Source: Octopus vulgaris (lineage: Eukaryota). From it: a stretch of DNA of 64,000 bases. Below are positions 37,093-52,285 of the stretch, piece after piece. Each line of letters opens with the position of its first letter. Position 1 is the stretch's first letter. The stretch lies in assembly GCA_951406725.2 (NCBI GenBank), contig OX597815.1:10478001-10542000 (forward strand). The letters run 5' to 3'. The notes beneath the pieces are model-generated. The model had not been told where the DNA came from, made no database searches, and worked only from the letters and a program-made list of their open reading frames with translations. A program made the position numbers and the translations under genes.

Positions 37093-37799
37093 ACTTTTTT
37101 AATGCTCTATCTTGTTCAACTCAACACAATTTAACAGTGCATAAATTCATCTACATTTGAAACGTCCATGGAAATCTTGCTACAGGTGAAACAAGAATAT
37201 GCATCTTAACGTGTCTCGTCACCGTTGCCTAGCGTACCACAACTATGACGTCACAGAAGAGCTAAAAATAGAAAACTTGGAGTCGCGAGAGTCTAAAAAC
37301 AACAATAATAAAGATATGAGCGCGCGTTTGTGTGTGCGGGCACGTGTGTATGTATGTGTGTTTATGTGTGTGTATATTTGTATGTGCGTGCGTCTGGTGT
37401 ATATGGTGTGTGTATGGTGTATGTATGTAGTGTGTTTATTGATTAATTTACTTAATAACTGTTGATTAGTGTTGTTTTTACTGACAAATATGTCAATATC
37501 AAAGAGAAAAACAATGATTAATAAAATCTAAATATAATTTCTCGATATAACAACTCTTAATTCAGTTTAATGGGGGGTTTTTTTTCCTGCTTTTTGCTTG
37601 TTTTTTTGTTTGTTTGTTTGCAGTACTTCAGTTAGTTTCACCCCCCCCCGCTCTTCTTTCCTCATAATCGTATTTATTATAAAACGGAATATAACCATTT
37701 AGTACTATAGTTGTTGTTACTACTTCTATTATTGGTATCGTTGTTAATTCTACTGTCACGTTCACCGTCTTCTCATTGTTATGCTTGCTGCAGGCGGTG

Positions 37800-38211
<412 letters not shown>

Positions 38212-38349
38212 TCTATTTTTTCTTCTCAGAGCTCTAGGTCTTACGTGCTCTGCTGGTTGATTCCGTGAGAGCGAACAGCAACCGTGTTGTCAGAGGTCTC
38301 GCAGTATCTCATTCCGCAAATCATAATTGGATGTTAGCGATCGTAGAAG

Positions 38350-38902
38350 ATACTCAACACCCAATTACCAATCTCAAATTCCTAGCTGTCCTCAATAGAA
38401 CAATTTTTTTGTGCCTACTCTACCCTCATGCCGATTCCCATTTCTCCGACATATTTCTCGAACTTGGTCGTTAGGGCTCCGATTGCTCCTACAATAGGAT
38501 AACAGTTACTCTCCTCATTGCCCATATTCTTGCAGTTTCTCTTTTAGAAATATGCATTTTTTTCACCTTTTCCCGCTCTTTGCCACCTACGCGTGCATCC
38601 CCAAGTATGACAATATCTATGATCTTAGTTTCCTTTTTTCTTTCGTCTACCTCAACAATGCCTGGTGTCCGAGCATCGATTAGGGAGTCACATTGGATTG
38701 TGAAATCCCACAGGATCTTACAGTCATTGTTTTCAGTAACACCCTCTAGTTCATGTTCGTACCATTTCCGTGCGCTTCCCAAACTGTACTTTTCACACAG
38801 TGTCCAGTGAACAAACTTAGCCACGTTATCGTGCCTCCTTTTGTGGTGCTTTTGGGCCAATATGTGAGATTTCCTTTTGTGTTTTTTTTTGCTACCACAC
38901 AT
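38350..38902 (-). pseudogene. R4/Dong-like retrotransposon C-terminal restriction-like endonuclease
   Basis: RRHDNVAKFVHWTLC...WYEH...ENNDCKILWDFTIQCD...RTPGIV...IIDIVI...EREK...GAIG...AQKIVLLRTARNLR. Confidence 0.88.
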
Positions 38903-39076
38903 CCTACAAAGGGACTATTTACCGCTCTTCTCTATTTGAGACTTGGTGTAATTAGTTCTCAGGGCTTGTTTCCAGGCGTTGCATATCAATGCCTCAGTGC
39001 ATCCGGAGAAATCACTTTTTTCTTACCCACCTTTAGGTGTTTGTCTTGTATTTCCTATTCATTTCTTTGAGGTATT

Positions 39077-39298
39077 ACTCTTTTATTCTCTTTAATCTTC
39101 TAATTGTTTCAGTCATTTGAGTGCGGCCATGCTGGAGCACCGCCTTTAGTCGAGCAAAATCGACCCCGGGACTTATTCTTTGTAAGCCCAGTACTTATTC
39201 TATCGGTCTCTTTTGCCGAACCGCTAAGTGACGGGGAAGTAAACACACCAGCATCGGTTGTCAAGCAATGCTAGGGGGACAAACACAGACACACAAAC

Positions 39299-39335
<37 letters not shown>

Positions 39336-39508
39336 CATATATACGACAGGCTTCTTTCAGTTTCCGTCTACCAAATCCACTCACAAGGCATTGGTCAGCC
39401 CAAAGCTATAGCAGAAGACACTTGCCCAAGATGCCACGCAGTGGGTCTGAACCCGGAACCATGTGGTTGGTTAGCAAGCTACTTACCACACAGCCACTCC
39501 TGCGCCTA
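39077..39508 (-). mobile_element. SINE group C, full length
   Basis: tRNA-like head with A/B boxes, CORE-like block, internal (TA)/(TG)n, and tail GCTCCAGCATGGCCGCA..AATGACTGAAACA. Confidence 0.92.
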
Positions 39509-39609
39509 TGCATTGTCTATGCATGGTTTTCATTTTCCAATTAAGTTAAGTTAAGTTAAATTAAGTTAATTTTTTGGCTCAAAAATCAAAAAGCAAGGCC
39601 ATGTAGGCC

Positions 39610-40208
39610 TTGTTGTCCCCTCTATGTTTAGCCTCTTGTGGGTAATAAAGAAATACGTATTTCGTCTGCCGTTACGTTCCGGGTTCAAATTCCGCCGAGG
39701 TCGACTTTGCCTTTCATCCTTTCAGGGTCGATAAATTAAGTACCAGTTACGCACTGGGGTCGATGTAATCGACTTAATCCGTTTGTCTGTCCTTGTTTGT
39801 CCCCTCTATGTTTAGCCCCTTGTGGGTAATAAAGAAATACGTATTTCGTCTGCCGTTACGTTCTGGGTCCAAATTCCGCCGAGGTCGACTTTGCCTTTCA
39901 TCCTTTCGAGGTCGATAAATTAAGTACCAGTTACGCACTGGGGTCGATGTAATCGACTTAATCCGTTTATCTGTCCTTGTTTGTCCTCTCTGTGTTTAGC
40001 CCCTTGTGGGTAGTAAAGAAATACGTATTTCGTCTGCCGTTACGTTCTGAGTTCAAATTCCGCCGAGGTCGACTTTGCCTTTCATCCTTTCGGGGTCGAT
40101 AAATTAAGTACCAGTTACGCACTGGGGTCGATGTAATCGACTTAATCCGTTTATCTGTCCTTGTTTGTCCTCTCTGTGTTTAGCCCCTTGTTGGTAATAA
40201 AGAAATAT
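39610..40208 (+). mobile_element. SINE group A headless tandem array (about 3.3 units of ~184 bp)
   Basis: Junctions aaagaaata|cgtatttcg at about 39655, 39839 and 40023. Confidence 0.92.
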
Positions 40209-42224
40209 ACTTCGTTTTTTATTAATAATGGTAAGGTAATAAGAAACCCATTCCGGATAAAAAGATGTAAATATTTTGCATTTCGTGTCCACTCAGTTAT
40301 CTGCTTCCTGAAGATGAGTTGCTCTGTTGATATCAGGCCCATTATTTCTCATAATTTATGTTGCTTTTACTCACCATATTTACGTCTTCTTTAGGAAACT
40401 CATTGCAGTGCTGTTAATCATAATACAAAAGACCTCGATGGCTATAGATAGCATAGACGTATTCCTTTCTCCAAGTCTTGATAGTTATTCCAAACATAAG
40501 CAGCTGTATTATTGAAGTATAACCCCTGGAGGGTAACCAACATACAGCTACTCAGCAGTATTGTTCCCGTCGGAAAAGCCTATACAGTGCACACTCGGTG
40601 TCGATCGCAGTTCAATCACTCTTATCACTAACTGCATCTTCTAAATATGGAAATTCAGAACCTATAAATAGTATCAAAATATTAAAATTCTATAAAAATT
40701 GACACTTTTGTTGTTTTTGGTTTAAAGTGTCTTCTGCTTTTAACCAATAGCAATCCTCTTACTAATTAATTCTTATTCAACAATTAGATATTGGATTTGC
40801 AACAAAGAATTGACAGATTGTTTATAAGTATTTTTTGTTTTAAAATATTACAAAAGACCCAACGCAGGAGCTTGACACATCGTGAAACCTAACAGTGCTG
40901 TCGTTGCTAAAAATAAACCTGTATTAATCATATTATATTATTCAATAAGCCAGTATTTTTACATTGAAATAATTTTATTTCTCAGTTGAAAAAGTTTATG
41001 TCTAACTCAATCTTAAACAGAAGTATTTTGTATATTGTGAAAGGTCGATAGCAAGGACCAAAGATTCGCTCAGTATATATTACTATCCAAACAGACAAAA
41101 TTGTATACAAAGGAGTAGAATAGAGAGAAAGAACGTTAAGGAACAGCGAACACATATATATGGACAAAATTTTCGAGTTGACTTAATATGTTTTCTCTGT
41201 AAACCATTTGATTTGTTTGAAAACGAAGATCATAGAACGAGAGGATTATGTTAATTTATAATCTAATCAAGCTAAACGCTGTTACAAAGAATATTGCAAA
41301 CATTTTTTTTTTTTTTATTGTGAACTGACAAAATTTTATGATATTTTATTTCTTACACACAATTAATAAATCAAAGAAGTTCATATTTGAACTTGAAAAC
41401 AGATCTGTTTTTCCTGAAGCCGAAAATGTTCATAACCATAGTAACAGGTTCGCGTGACCCAACCTTAGTGAACGCAAGTTCAATACATACCAGAGCTTAT
41501 TATTCAAACGATCTTCGCTCATAACGGTGTAAAACTAACCGGGAAGTTAGTGTCAATGCCTCACTAATCGACCATAGCAATCGTTTTTACACTTAATTTT
41601 ATCCGAAAACATTAGCCCTGCCCGGCCCGTTATTTGATACACGTAGGGCATTTAAGAAAACTATAAGAAATAATAGGGGACGATATGGATTAGGAAGACA
41701 GAGTAGAACCCGTTTTGTGAGTAGAAGGAGACGGTGACAATACATATTTGTTTACAACCGGCGAACAATAGTGATGAATCTTTGTGTTCAAAAAGGACAA
41801 TAGGACAATAGAACAATAGGACAATAGAACAATAGGACAATAGAATAATAGGACAAGACTTAGCTTTTTTGTAGATTAATAACTATGACAAAAATGAAGA
41901 ATTTGCACAATAAATAGCAAAAAATACATACTTGTAGATTATAACAATAGTAGCAAATAAAGGATTTAAGAACGAACTAGACAAGGCTAGTTCGTAAGGA
42001 GTAAAACAAGCAGACGTATGAATGGTGCTAACGGGAGATAAACGACAGGTTGCAGCTAAGTTAACGGAACGTGCCTGGTGGTCATTTGAAAACTACCTGG
42101 TTCTACTTGCTATGTACAGAAAACTATGTAATGCAGAAATGCGGGGGGAATGTAACCCAAAATAAAAGATAGAAAACGAAGTGCAATCCTAAGGGAGATA
42201 TAATTCTAGGAATTTATTCGTGAA

Positions 42225-42544
42225 TGTGCGTGGCTTAATGCTTAGAGAATTCGGATCGCGAGCGTAGGATCATGAGTTCAATACCAGGCGGCATGTTGTG
42301 GCCTTGAGCAAGACACTTTATTTCCCATTTCTCCAGCCCATTCACCTGGTACAAATAAGGAGGATCTGTAATTCAAAGGGCCAGCCTTGTCCCCATTCTG
42401 TGTCACGCTGGATCTCATTGGGAACTACATTAAGGGTACGCGTGTCTGTGGAGTGCTCAACCACTTGTATTTTAATTTCACGAGCTGGTTGTTCTGTTGA
42501 TCGGATCAACTGGAACAGACGTCGTCGTAACTGACGGAGTGCCA
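42225..42544 (+). mobile_element. older SINE: CORE-like body with tail type 1
   Basis: gtggccttgagcaagacactttattt...caaagggccagccttgtc...gtcgtaactgacggagtgcc. Confidence 0.85.
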
Positions 42545-43047
42545 GTTATTAAAGCATTTATTCACTTATTCTTGTTAAACAAACAGAAAGAGAACAAATG
42601 CACAACAGCGACACATTAGCCAAGTCCGTCGCAGAAATACACAATGAAAGATGTGAGTTCTACGGAAACAAAATCACAGAAAGTTAATAAATAAGAAATG
42701 TAGAGGGTCACGTTTAGAATTAATTTCGCAAGATTAGATATTGCCTTGGATTATTCTGGTTTGGCGCCGCCAAGTAAAATTTCGTAGACGTTAACTTCGA
42801 CGGGGAAGCCAGGCAGAACGATCATTCCTGTTCCTATATGATAGACATAATCTGCTGCCCGGCTTCACGTCATAATTTGGCTCTTGAGTTCCTTTAGTGG
42901 AGCTCAATCTGTTGTAGGTCTTCTAGTTACATCTGTTTGAGCATAAGTTCATCCCTTCCGCAAGCCAGTTTCGAAAGTTATAGAAAGATTCATGGATGCT
43001 ATCATTCATCTACTGATAATCTATAAAAAAAAATCTGTCTACATAAA

Positions 43048-44523
43048 TACGACAGTTCTGTTGAAGATAATGCAAAAATGGATATCACTTTTTTGTTAAC
43101 TGACATAGGTTATTAAAACTGTACATGTTGGTATAGTAAATGCCTCTTTATACAAAGATACTATTCGATATAATCTCCATCCCAAGTGGCGCATTTGCGG
43201 CATCGTTGAACCAATTCTTGAATCCTCTTTGAAAGAATTCCGGCGTGCACTGTTGTAACTACTTCATGTCAAATTGTTCTCCTCCGAAGACTGTTCTTCA
43301 ATGGATCAATCAGGTGGAAATCGGAGGGCACTAAACCCGGGTTGTACGGTAGATGGGAGGACAAATGTCCAGTCAAATTAGCCTACTGCATAGATTGTTA
43401 CCAAAGATGTGTGCGTATGTGTGTGATCATGCATTGTCATGGTGCTTATGAATACTTTTCAAGCTCGGTCTATTTCTCCAAATGGCTCTTCTAAGCTTTT
43501 TGAGTGTCTCGAGAAAGACATCCTTGTCACCCCCACCACAAAAGTCCCCACACTTTTCCACACTCATTGCTGGCTCTTGAACCTCTTAGGCATCGGAGAA
43601 TATTCCATGGTGGGAGTTTTCGTTTTTAGATCATAAAATACGGCTACAATTCATCACTTGTCCTCAGATATTAAAATAAAAAACGTATCTTCGTTGGTTC
43701 TAAACGCTCCCAACAGATCAGAACAGACTTCCACTTTTCTTTCTTTCAAATTGGGTGTCAACTACCGAAGTACTCATTTTGCACATATTTTCCAATGCCT
43801 GATGTCTTATTCCATCTTGTGTAATGCATTGTGACCACAGTCGAGATGTGCAACAAGGTCAGGGTTTGTGATTCCTCTGTCCGCACCAATCAATTCAATC
43901 TCACGTTAACTATTCGTAATTCATGTCAGTGGTTGCAGTCGAGAGTCTCCCACTGCAAGACTTGTCTTTAATGGTTTTATTTTCTTTAAACATCTTCATC
44001 CATCTGCATTCATTACTCTTGTCTGTTCCTTCTCGAGCCATGCCTGGCTCATAAGGGCCGGTTTCCTGGTTTCCTTGGGTGTATAGGTTCCCCACCTGGA
44101 CGGGACGTCGGTCCGTCGCATGCGAGCTGCAAGATGCAGGAGGATAGAGTGAGAGAAAGTTGTGGCGAAAGAGTCAGCAGAAGTTCGCCATTACCTTCTG
44201 TCGGGGCCGCGTGGGGCTTAGGTGTTTCGCTCATAAAAACACACATCGCCCGGTCTGACATTCGAACCCACGATCCCTCAATCGCGAATCCACTGCTCTA
44301 ACCACTAGGCCATGTGCCTCCACATGCATTCATTGCTCTTGTCAACTCTTGTCATCGTATTCAACTTGCGGTTTTCAGTGGCTGTAATTTTCTGTTCGAA
44401 ACCCATTCTTTGCCTGCAATGAAGAAGAACAGGAAGGAAAATTACTATTGAAGAAGATTTACACTATTATTTACTAAAACATTCTGTGCACATTTTTGCA
44501 TTACTTTCGGTACAAGCCTCGTA
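43048..44523 (-). mobile_element. decayed mariner transposon
   Basis: Imperfect TIRs TACGA...TAATGCAAAAATG at both ends. Minus-strand remnant PYNPGLVPSDFHLIDPLK...LVQRCRKC...GDY corresponds to the YSPDLAPSDFHLF motif. Confidence 0.8.
44024..44324 (-). mobile_element. SINE group B-type head with tail type 3, inserted in the mariner
   Basis: Flanked by tgcattcatt(a/g)ctcttgtc at 44005-44023 and 44325-44343. Confidence 0.9.
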
Positions 44524-45267
44524 TCACCCAGAGATAGAACATAAGATATTAAAACTGTTTATTGAATAGCTTTATACCAAAGATACGAATCAGAAATATT
44601 TCCTTCAAAATTTTTTTATATCTCTCTTGCTGATAATTCTAGCAAACAATATATGAAGAAATACGTTTTGAACAAAATTTTCAAAACCCATCTTTTCCAC
44701 TTTTACCATTAAAATTTTCAAGAATTCTATCGGAGAATTTACATTCTCTTTCTTTCGTTTAGTCAGATAATTACGTTAATTTTATCGCTTCAACATGAAA
44801 ATTGTTATGCTCCTTACTAAACCAATATTCAAGAAAAACCAAATATAACATTGAAAGCTAGTTAATTGTTATCCTGTTCCTTTGTTAAAATGCTATTCCC
44901 TCGTTAATGAAATAAAATACGCCATTTTTTTTTTCATAATATTTAATTATTATTTAACTACAGTATTTACCCTCTTAGTATCTGTAAACAGGACTGTTTT
45001 TACGTAGTCATGTCTCATCAGCCAAAACTAATTAGAGGTGTAGTAATTACATTTGCATTTGGTAAGAAGTGAAAAAATGTGAAAAGGGAAATTGATAGAA
45101 TTGCTTAACACAAATATTTGATAAATATTTATGTGAATACATTTTGAAGCAAATAAATTTTTCTAAGATTGATTCTTTCGATATTGATCGAGATGGCAAC
45201 TGATCAACGAATAAAAGTGTGTAGGACTACATTATTTAATATTTTCTGTCCTCATTTAATTAATATA

Positions 45268-45500
45268 TATTTCTTTACTACCTACAAGGGTCTACACACA
45301 GAGAGGACAAACAAGGACAGACAAAGCGATTGAGTCGATTAAATCGACCCCAGTGCATAACTAGTACTTTCTTTATCGACCCAGGAAGGATGAAAAGCAA
45401 AGTCGACCTCGGTGGAATTTGAACTCAGAACGTAGCGACAGACGAAATACTGCTGAGCATTTCGCCCGGCGTGCTAACGATTCTGCCAACTCGCCTCCCT
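45268..45500 (-). mobile_element. SINE group A
   Basis: Full reverse copy flanked by tttaattaatata. Confidence 0.9.
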
Positions 45501-46633
45501 TTAATTAATATAGTTTAATAATATGAAGGAAATGTAACTGGTATTTCTTGGATTATGTGAAAGCTTCCTCGCTGGATCACATTTTTTCTTATATGGTAAC
45601 TTGAAGTGGTTGGCAACATCCACTTGTCGAGTCTTTGTCTGTTCTTTTATTCCTTGAAGAATAACAACAGTTAAAGGAGAATCTGGAAGTGTGAACTAAT
45701 ATACGCTATTGTTTTGAATATAGTACAATCGATCAAAATCCAAATACTTGAAATCAAGAATAAGATCGGTGTATAATTTAAGTAGAACGCCAGTAATATT
45801 TTAAAGGAGGGGGATCAGTCGATAATAGCAAATTCGGTTTGAGACTCGTACTTTACTGGATCGATCCCAGGGCAATGAAAAATTAAGTTGATCCCAATGG
45901 GATTTGAATTGAGGATATATAGAACTGGAAGAATATCGCGGAGAATTTTCCCGTCATTCTAACCATTTTACTGACTCACTGCCTGAGCATCACCACCACC
46001 AGGAGGAAGAAGAAGAAGATGCAAATAACAACTTCTGTAGAGAGTGTACTGAAACAAAGACAACGCACTGGCTCTTATATAATACTTATGGTAACAGCAG
46101 TAACAACAGCAATAATTATAATAACGAAGAAGAAGAAGAAGAAGAAGAAGAAGAAGAAGAAGAAGAAGAAGAAGAAGAAGAAGAAGAAGAAGAAGAAGAA
46201 GAAGAAGAAGAAGAAGAAGAAGAAGAACAACAACAACAACAACATGCATGCATAAGACCACATATTTTTGGGACGATATTGTCATTTAGATTAACATTTG
46301 GTATTGTTTTTGGATGCGAAATCCTTTCCACACGGGAAAAATATTTATGTTGGAGTATTTCTGTTGAGCGCATTAAAAAAGCTAAATATAAGTAAATATG
46401 CGATGATTAACAGCAATATTATTCAATGATTAATATCAATTTTGTTTCTCGGCAATAACAAGGGAGACAACTGCAGAAATGTTTCGGTGATATTATGAAC
46501 TTATCCGCGATCCAGAAACTCTTGTATGAGTAAACATAGGCTGACATAGTGCTGAATGAATCACTCAGTAAATATACAAGCAGGAATTCTTTCAAAGTTT
46601 CGTTCCAGATTTGCTTGGCTGCTATGTAGAAAT

Positions 46634-47018
46634 GTGGAGGTGCAATGGCCCAGTGGTTAGGGCAGCGGACTCGCGGTCATAGGATCGCAGTTTCGATTCC
46701 CAGACCGGGCGTTGTGAGTGTTTATTGAGCGAAAACACCTTAAAGCTCCACGAGGCTCCGGCAGGGGATGGTGGTAATCCCTGCTGTACTCTTTCATCAC
46801 ATCTTTCTCTCACTCTTACTTCCTGTTTCTGTCGTACCTGTATTTCATAGGACTGGCCTTGTCACTCTCTGTGTCACGCTGAATATCCCCAAGAACTACG
46901 TTAAGGGTACACGTGTCTGTGGAGTGCTCAGCCACTTACACGTTAATTTCACGAGCAGGCTGTTCCGTTGATTCGGATCAACCGGAACCCTCATCGTCGT
47001 AACCGACGGAGTGCTTCC
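46634..47018 (+). mobile_element. SINE group B (tail 1) with a 10-bp TSD
   Basis: TSD atgtagaaat at 46624-46633 and 47019-47028. Confidence 0.93.
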
Positions 47019-47899
47019 ATGTAGAAATATTTCTAATCATACAAACTTATCAGGAACATTTTCATCAGCAGTCTGTTAGTACTGTTAGGATGAGCTTCTA
47101 AGAGAACCTAATTTGAGAGAAATTAAATTTTCAAAGACATTCTGCATCCTATATTTTCATAGCAACTGTTGAGAACTTATATTGTACAATTATTCTATTC
47201 GCTCGCCAATTAGTATATAATTAAGTAAACGTTAGATGTAAATTATATATTGGTGTTTGATAGTGATTAGAGTGTCCGGTTTACGATATGTGCATAAGTT
47301 CGATTCCTGGACTGGACAGCGCGTTGTGCACTTAAGAAGGCACTCTATCACAGGCTTCTTCAGTCGGTTGAAATGAGTAGCATTCGCTTCCTGGAGTTTG
47401 CATGAACATTTTTATACTCGCTCTCGACTATTTAGTCACATAACATAATTGGCGAAATCATGGTTCATGCTTTCAAGTCTTATTCGCTTGCCAATGACGG
47501 CTGTATTTTTTTATATAGGCTTTAATATACATATTTATTCAAAACACCTTTAGTAGGTTACTTATTACACTGGGCAATAAATTTCAACTTTTATGTTACA
47601 GACACGTAGACTACTGATCCCTACCAAATTTCTGACGTTAATTTCAGATCTGATATCTAAATTTCTCTATCACGTCCAGATTTTGTGTAACCGAAATTCC
47701 CTATTTTTCAGTTTTTCTCACCAGCTTCTATTACAAAAGCCATCTAAGCTATTTTTCCGTGCCCCATTTTATGTTAAGCATACTTAAATTAATTAGTGAA
47801 CAAAGATGTCTTACCTCCTTTTACCGACCTAAGACAGACAGCAGAATTACCACCCCTCCGCCCTACAATCTATCCAAACTATTTTGATGATGTTATCGA

Positions 47900-48105
47900 A
47901 AGGCAACTTCCTGTTCTTATGTGAAACAAAGGTCTTTCCTCTTCCTTTGTCGCTTGTAGAATGACGAGATCTCCTTCTGCAGGAACCAACAATACTACAA
48001 TAATCTTCCATCCTATTTGACTTGAAATTACCTTGGTATCTTGTTTCCATAATTGAGATCTGTTGGTGGAAGGGCTCACCAGGCTCGTCATTCACATCCC
48101 AAGGT
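47900..48105 (-). pseudogene. transposase-like C-terminal fragment (superfamily not assigned)
   Basis: DVNDEPGEPFHQQISIMETRYQGNFKSNRMEDYC resembles the SDEQGERFHQDI..ME.RYQG...M.DYCW motif recalled from repetitive invertebrate ORFs. Confidence 0.6.
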
Positions 48106-48210
48106 TGGCTTACTTCTCTTTCTCCCACTCTCTTTCCCTCTCTTTCGCACTGAATTTAGTTCAGAAAGTGAATTTGTTAATTGTTTTTTAGACCTAATTA
48201 GTTCATATCC

Positions 48211-48600
48211 TGGAGGCGCAATGGCCCAGTGGTTAGGGCAGCGGACTCGCGGTCATAGGATCGCGGTTTCGATTCCCAGACCGGGCGTTGTGAGTGTTTA
48301 TTGAGCGAAAACACCTAAAGCTCCATGAGGCTCCAGCAGGGGATGGTGGTGATCCCTGCTGTACTCTTTCACCACAACTTTCTCTCACTCTTACTTCCTG
48401 TTTCTGTTGTACCTGTATTTCAAAGGGCCGGCCTTGTCACTCTCTGTGTCACGCTGAATATCCCCGAGAACTACGTTAAGGGTACATGTGTCTGTGGAGT
48501 GCTCAGCCACTTACACGTTAATTTCAAGAGCAGGCTGTTCCGTTGATTCGGATCAACTGGAACCCTCGTCGTCGTAACCGACGGAGTGCTTCCCATTCCC
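48211..48600 (+). mobile_element. SINE group B (tail 1) with a 10-bp TSD
   Basis: TSD agttcatatc at 48200-48209 and 48601-48610. Confidence 0.93.
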
Positions 48601-48677
48601 AGTTCATATCATATAGAAACGAACTTGCCAACTCGTGATGAATTTTATTGATCAAAATTGTTAGAATTTGTATATAT

Positions 48678-48910
48678 GTTTCTTTATTATCCACAAGGGG
48701 CTAAATATAGAGGGGACAAACAAGGTCAGACAAACGAATTAAGTCGATTACATCGACCCCAGTGCGTAACTGGTACTTAAATTATCGATCCCGAAAGGAT
48801 GATAGGCAAAGTCGACCTCGGTGGAACTTGAACTCAGAACGTAACGACAGGTGGAATACGGCTACGCATTTCGCCCGTCGTGCTAACGATTCTGCCAGCT
48901 TGCCGCCTTA
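48678..48910 (-). mobile_element. SINE group A with a 17-bp TSD
   Basis: attgttagaatttgtat at 48657-48673 and 48912-48928. Confidence 0.92.
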
Positions 48911-50159
48911 TATTGTTAGAATTTGTATGTAATTGGAAAACAAAAATTACTTTAACCTTGAAAAGCAAGTTTCATATTACAGGCATTAAAACCAAAATCT
49001 AACCACACAGCCAAGCCTGCACTTCTACCAGTTTCGACTTCTGTCGCTTTTTATTTCATTTCACAATGGTGCGTATATTGTCTAATATAATTTATTGAGG
49101 CTGTTCTGGAATAAATATTAGTACGGACTCTCAGACTGAAATATGCTGCAAATATCCTAAACATTGAATCCCTAAATCCAAGACACAAATCCTTTTAACA
49201 TTTAAAAGAGTTGCAGTTTTAACATTCTCGCTGCAGATAAAAGGAAGAAATATTCAGTTAGTGTGTGATCTTTGTAGAGATGTAAAATTCCAGTAAATCA
49301 ACAATGCGATACGGTTTCATCTCACGTCAAAGTCTACCTTACTCCCACCATCTGTTTCGCTTTCACCATCCCATTAGTACACTTGATTCAAATAAAACCA
49401 AATTCCCTTATCACTTGAATTACGCTTTTCGACAAAACTTATATAAAATACGAGGTAAGATCCGAAATCCAAGAAAACTGTTATTGGGCTATATCGGTAA
49501 ACTCTAATTCATTAAAATTCGTAGATAAAAAAAAACACACGATAATTTGTCTGTTGAGAAGAGTGGTAGTCCACGCGTCCTTCTGCAGAGAGAAAGCATA
49601 TCTGTATGCTTATAGCACGATTGCTATTCGTGCTACTAAAATGTATTTGTTTTGCTCTCTGAAGAAAGAAAAGTATCCGAAACGTTTGTTTTTTACTCGC
49701 CAAGATAAACTAAATATTGTGCTTTATTTTTACTTATTAGCTTTTAATGTCCAAGTACGATACAGGCTAGATATTCTGCTGAGGTCAACATTGACATTCA
49801 TCATACCGAGGTCGATAAAATAAAGCACTGGGGTGGATTTATATCCCTGCAAATCATCCTAAATATTAAAGGAATTATGATGGGAGACAAAACTTGTATC
49901 ATCTACAAAACGTTATAGATTCACCAGACCTATGCTCGAGCATATTCCAGCCATGACCTTTCTGCTTTTGAAGAGAGATTGACTGTTATTTCTAGCAGCT
50001 CGAACTATCATAGAACTACATCTATTTATAACAAATAGAGCAGTCAGTAACAAATCCATCTCTCCAGCCAAGTTATTCCCCCATTATCCTTCTTCGATCT
50101 GCTAAAGATAGCCGCCACATCTCAATCAAATCACATCCTAGCGTCTCAAAAAACAAAAA

Positions 50160-50224
<65 letters not shown>

Positions 50225-51322
50225 CGAAAGTAGGTCTCATACATGTTAGAAGCAAATACGAGTGCTCGTGTTCGGAACACTTTTCGTCATAGGTTTGCTA
50301 GATGAGAGCTGACTTGGAGGTAAGCAACAAGAATAAGAAGAAGAACAACAATAACAACAACAAACGATAATTCCGCAGCTTGAGGCAGAATTTGAAATTA
50401 TATAATGAACCAACTAACAGCTCGTTCTTTAAATGCTGCGTTAACCTGGTCTAATTTTAGTATCGAAATTTCCATAAGTAGGAAGCTAATTGAAAGAGTT
50501 CAATGACTTCCTCTCAAGAATTCTGTGAAGCAGCAACTGTACCACCGGCAGTGGTAGAGCAGTAAGCATTAGTGGTGCGGCGATAAGAATTCTCGACTCA
50601 CGTGCTGATCATTAAAAATTTCCCGTTAATTAATATACCGTTTTATCTCTAATTCACATACTTCAAGTGTTGACTTCTCTCTTTTAACTTACAGATTCTC
50701 GACAGAGAAGCATAAACAACGGCATTTGAGAGGGGAAGAGAGGTGGGGGAAAGAGAAATGAAGAACAATTATGAATAAATTGGGCCAGACGACAAATAAA
50801 CTGCAAAATTAGATATGCAATTAAAATCATAATGATGTTTGCAATTAAATTGATTGCATTAAGTTAAGTGTGATGTGGAACTAAAAGTGATGGTTCCCTC
50901 TAGATTTTTTTTTTCCATTTGCTCTCCTGCACAATTAGTTATGGATCTCCAGTTTACTGATCACGTTTCTACAATTGTCGATCGTATCAATATTGCAGCC
51001 AAGTGAAACCTTAAATCAAAGAAAATTTACTTAGTCTTAAATGCGTTAATAAGAATGCAGTCGCATTCGCATTCGCACACATGACACACGCACAAATGGG
51101 CTGACAGATATACAAGCACAGAAATATATACATATATACATACTCATACATACGCACACGTGACTGTATGTACTGAAAATGTACGTGCACGTGCATGCAC
51201 ATGGAAAACCACGTGCATACCGCATTGATATAATTATTCAAACAACTAACTTGATTCTCATGTAAACACATAAACAATACATATGCTTGTGTTTGTGGAT
51301 GTATGTATCTGTGTGTGTGTGT

Positions 51323-51363
<41 letters not shown>

Positions 51364-51696
51364 AATATATATGCACACACATACACACACACACACATAT
51401 ATATATATATATTTATATATATAATTTATACGTATGCCATGCCACTTCGTATTAACCCTTAATATTATATATATATAATATATATATGTATATATAATAT
51501 ATATATTAAATTAGAGATAAAACCACTATTAGGCAAATCAAACAATGAAAAACATAAGCCAATATATAAAATTAATTTAATTTATATTATTTTAAATAAA
51601 TATCAAAAGTATTAAAAGTTTAATGAAAGATAAAGAGTAAAATTGGATTTAATCCTAAATCTGATTTTTCCCTGTAAGTTTGGATTTATTCCCTGA

Positions 51697-51743
<47 letters not shown>

Positions 51744-51995
51744 AACAAACTTACTTAGAAATGGATGCGTGCGTTCTGTCGTGTAATAACAAATTAATGA
51801 ATAAAACATTTGCATAATTACATATATGTACGTACCTACATCTACATGTATATATACACGCATATATGGGTACAGGACACCAAAAAAACGTCGAACACAA
51901 TGAGAAACGAAAACATAGACACAAAACCAAGGAACTGGACATTTTTCTTAAACAACGAAAAAATAGAGTACAGGACAAATAACACAAGGAAAATT

Positions 51996-52126
51996 CCCCT
52001 TCTTCAGTCGCCATGGTTTCATCTACTCCGCGTTTCGAAGGTGAAGGCGAGACGCGACTTCGGATGAAACATTCCTTCCCGCGAGAAGCAAATGAAATAA
52101 AATTTGAGATTTTTTTTGCGGAGGAG
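51996..52126 (-). ncRNA. permuted, pseudoknotted hammerhead-like RNA motif (copy 1; host element about 51855-52250)
   Basis: CUCCU [CCGC..GCGG] GAAGG aau GUUUCAUC cgaag UCGCGU C UCGCC uuca CCUUC GAA ACGCGG agua GAUGAAAC cau GGCGA CUGAAGA AGGGG. Confidence 0.65.
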
Positions 52127-52248
52127 TAAAAATGGTAACAAAAACAGGACAGTAACGACAGTACAAAATATATACAGTAAAAGATAGGACAAGGAGAATA
52201 ACAGTAGCACAGACAAGAAGGGCTGTTAAGCCGAACGAGATAAAATAT

Positions 52249-52285
<37 letters not shown>

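Noticed and set aside
40300-40410. cctgaagatgag...gaaactc as a hammerhead
   Set aside because: No consistent stems I-III could be drawn.
41430-41630. RFX X-box-like half sites (ccatagtaac, ccatagcaat) and a short GC patch as a promoter
   Set aside because: Only half-site matches, with no identifiable downstream exon.
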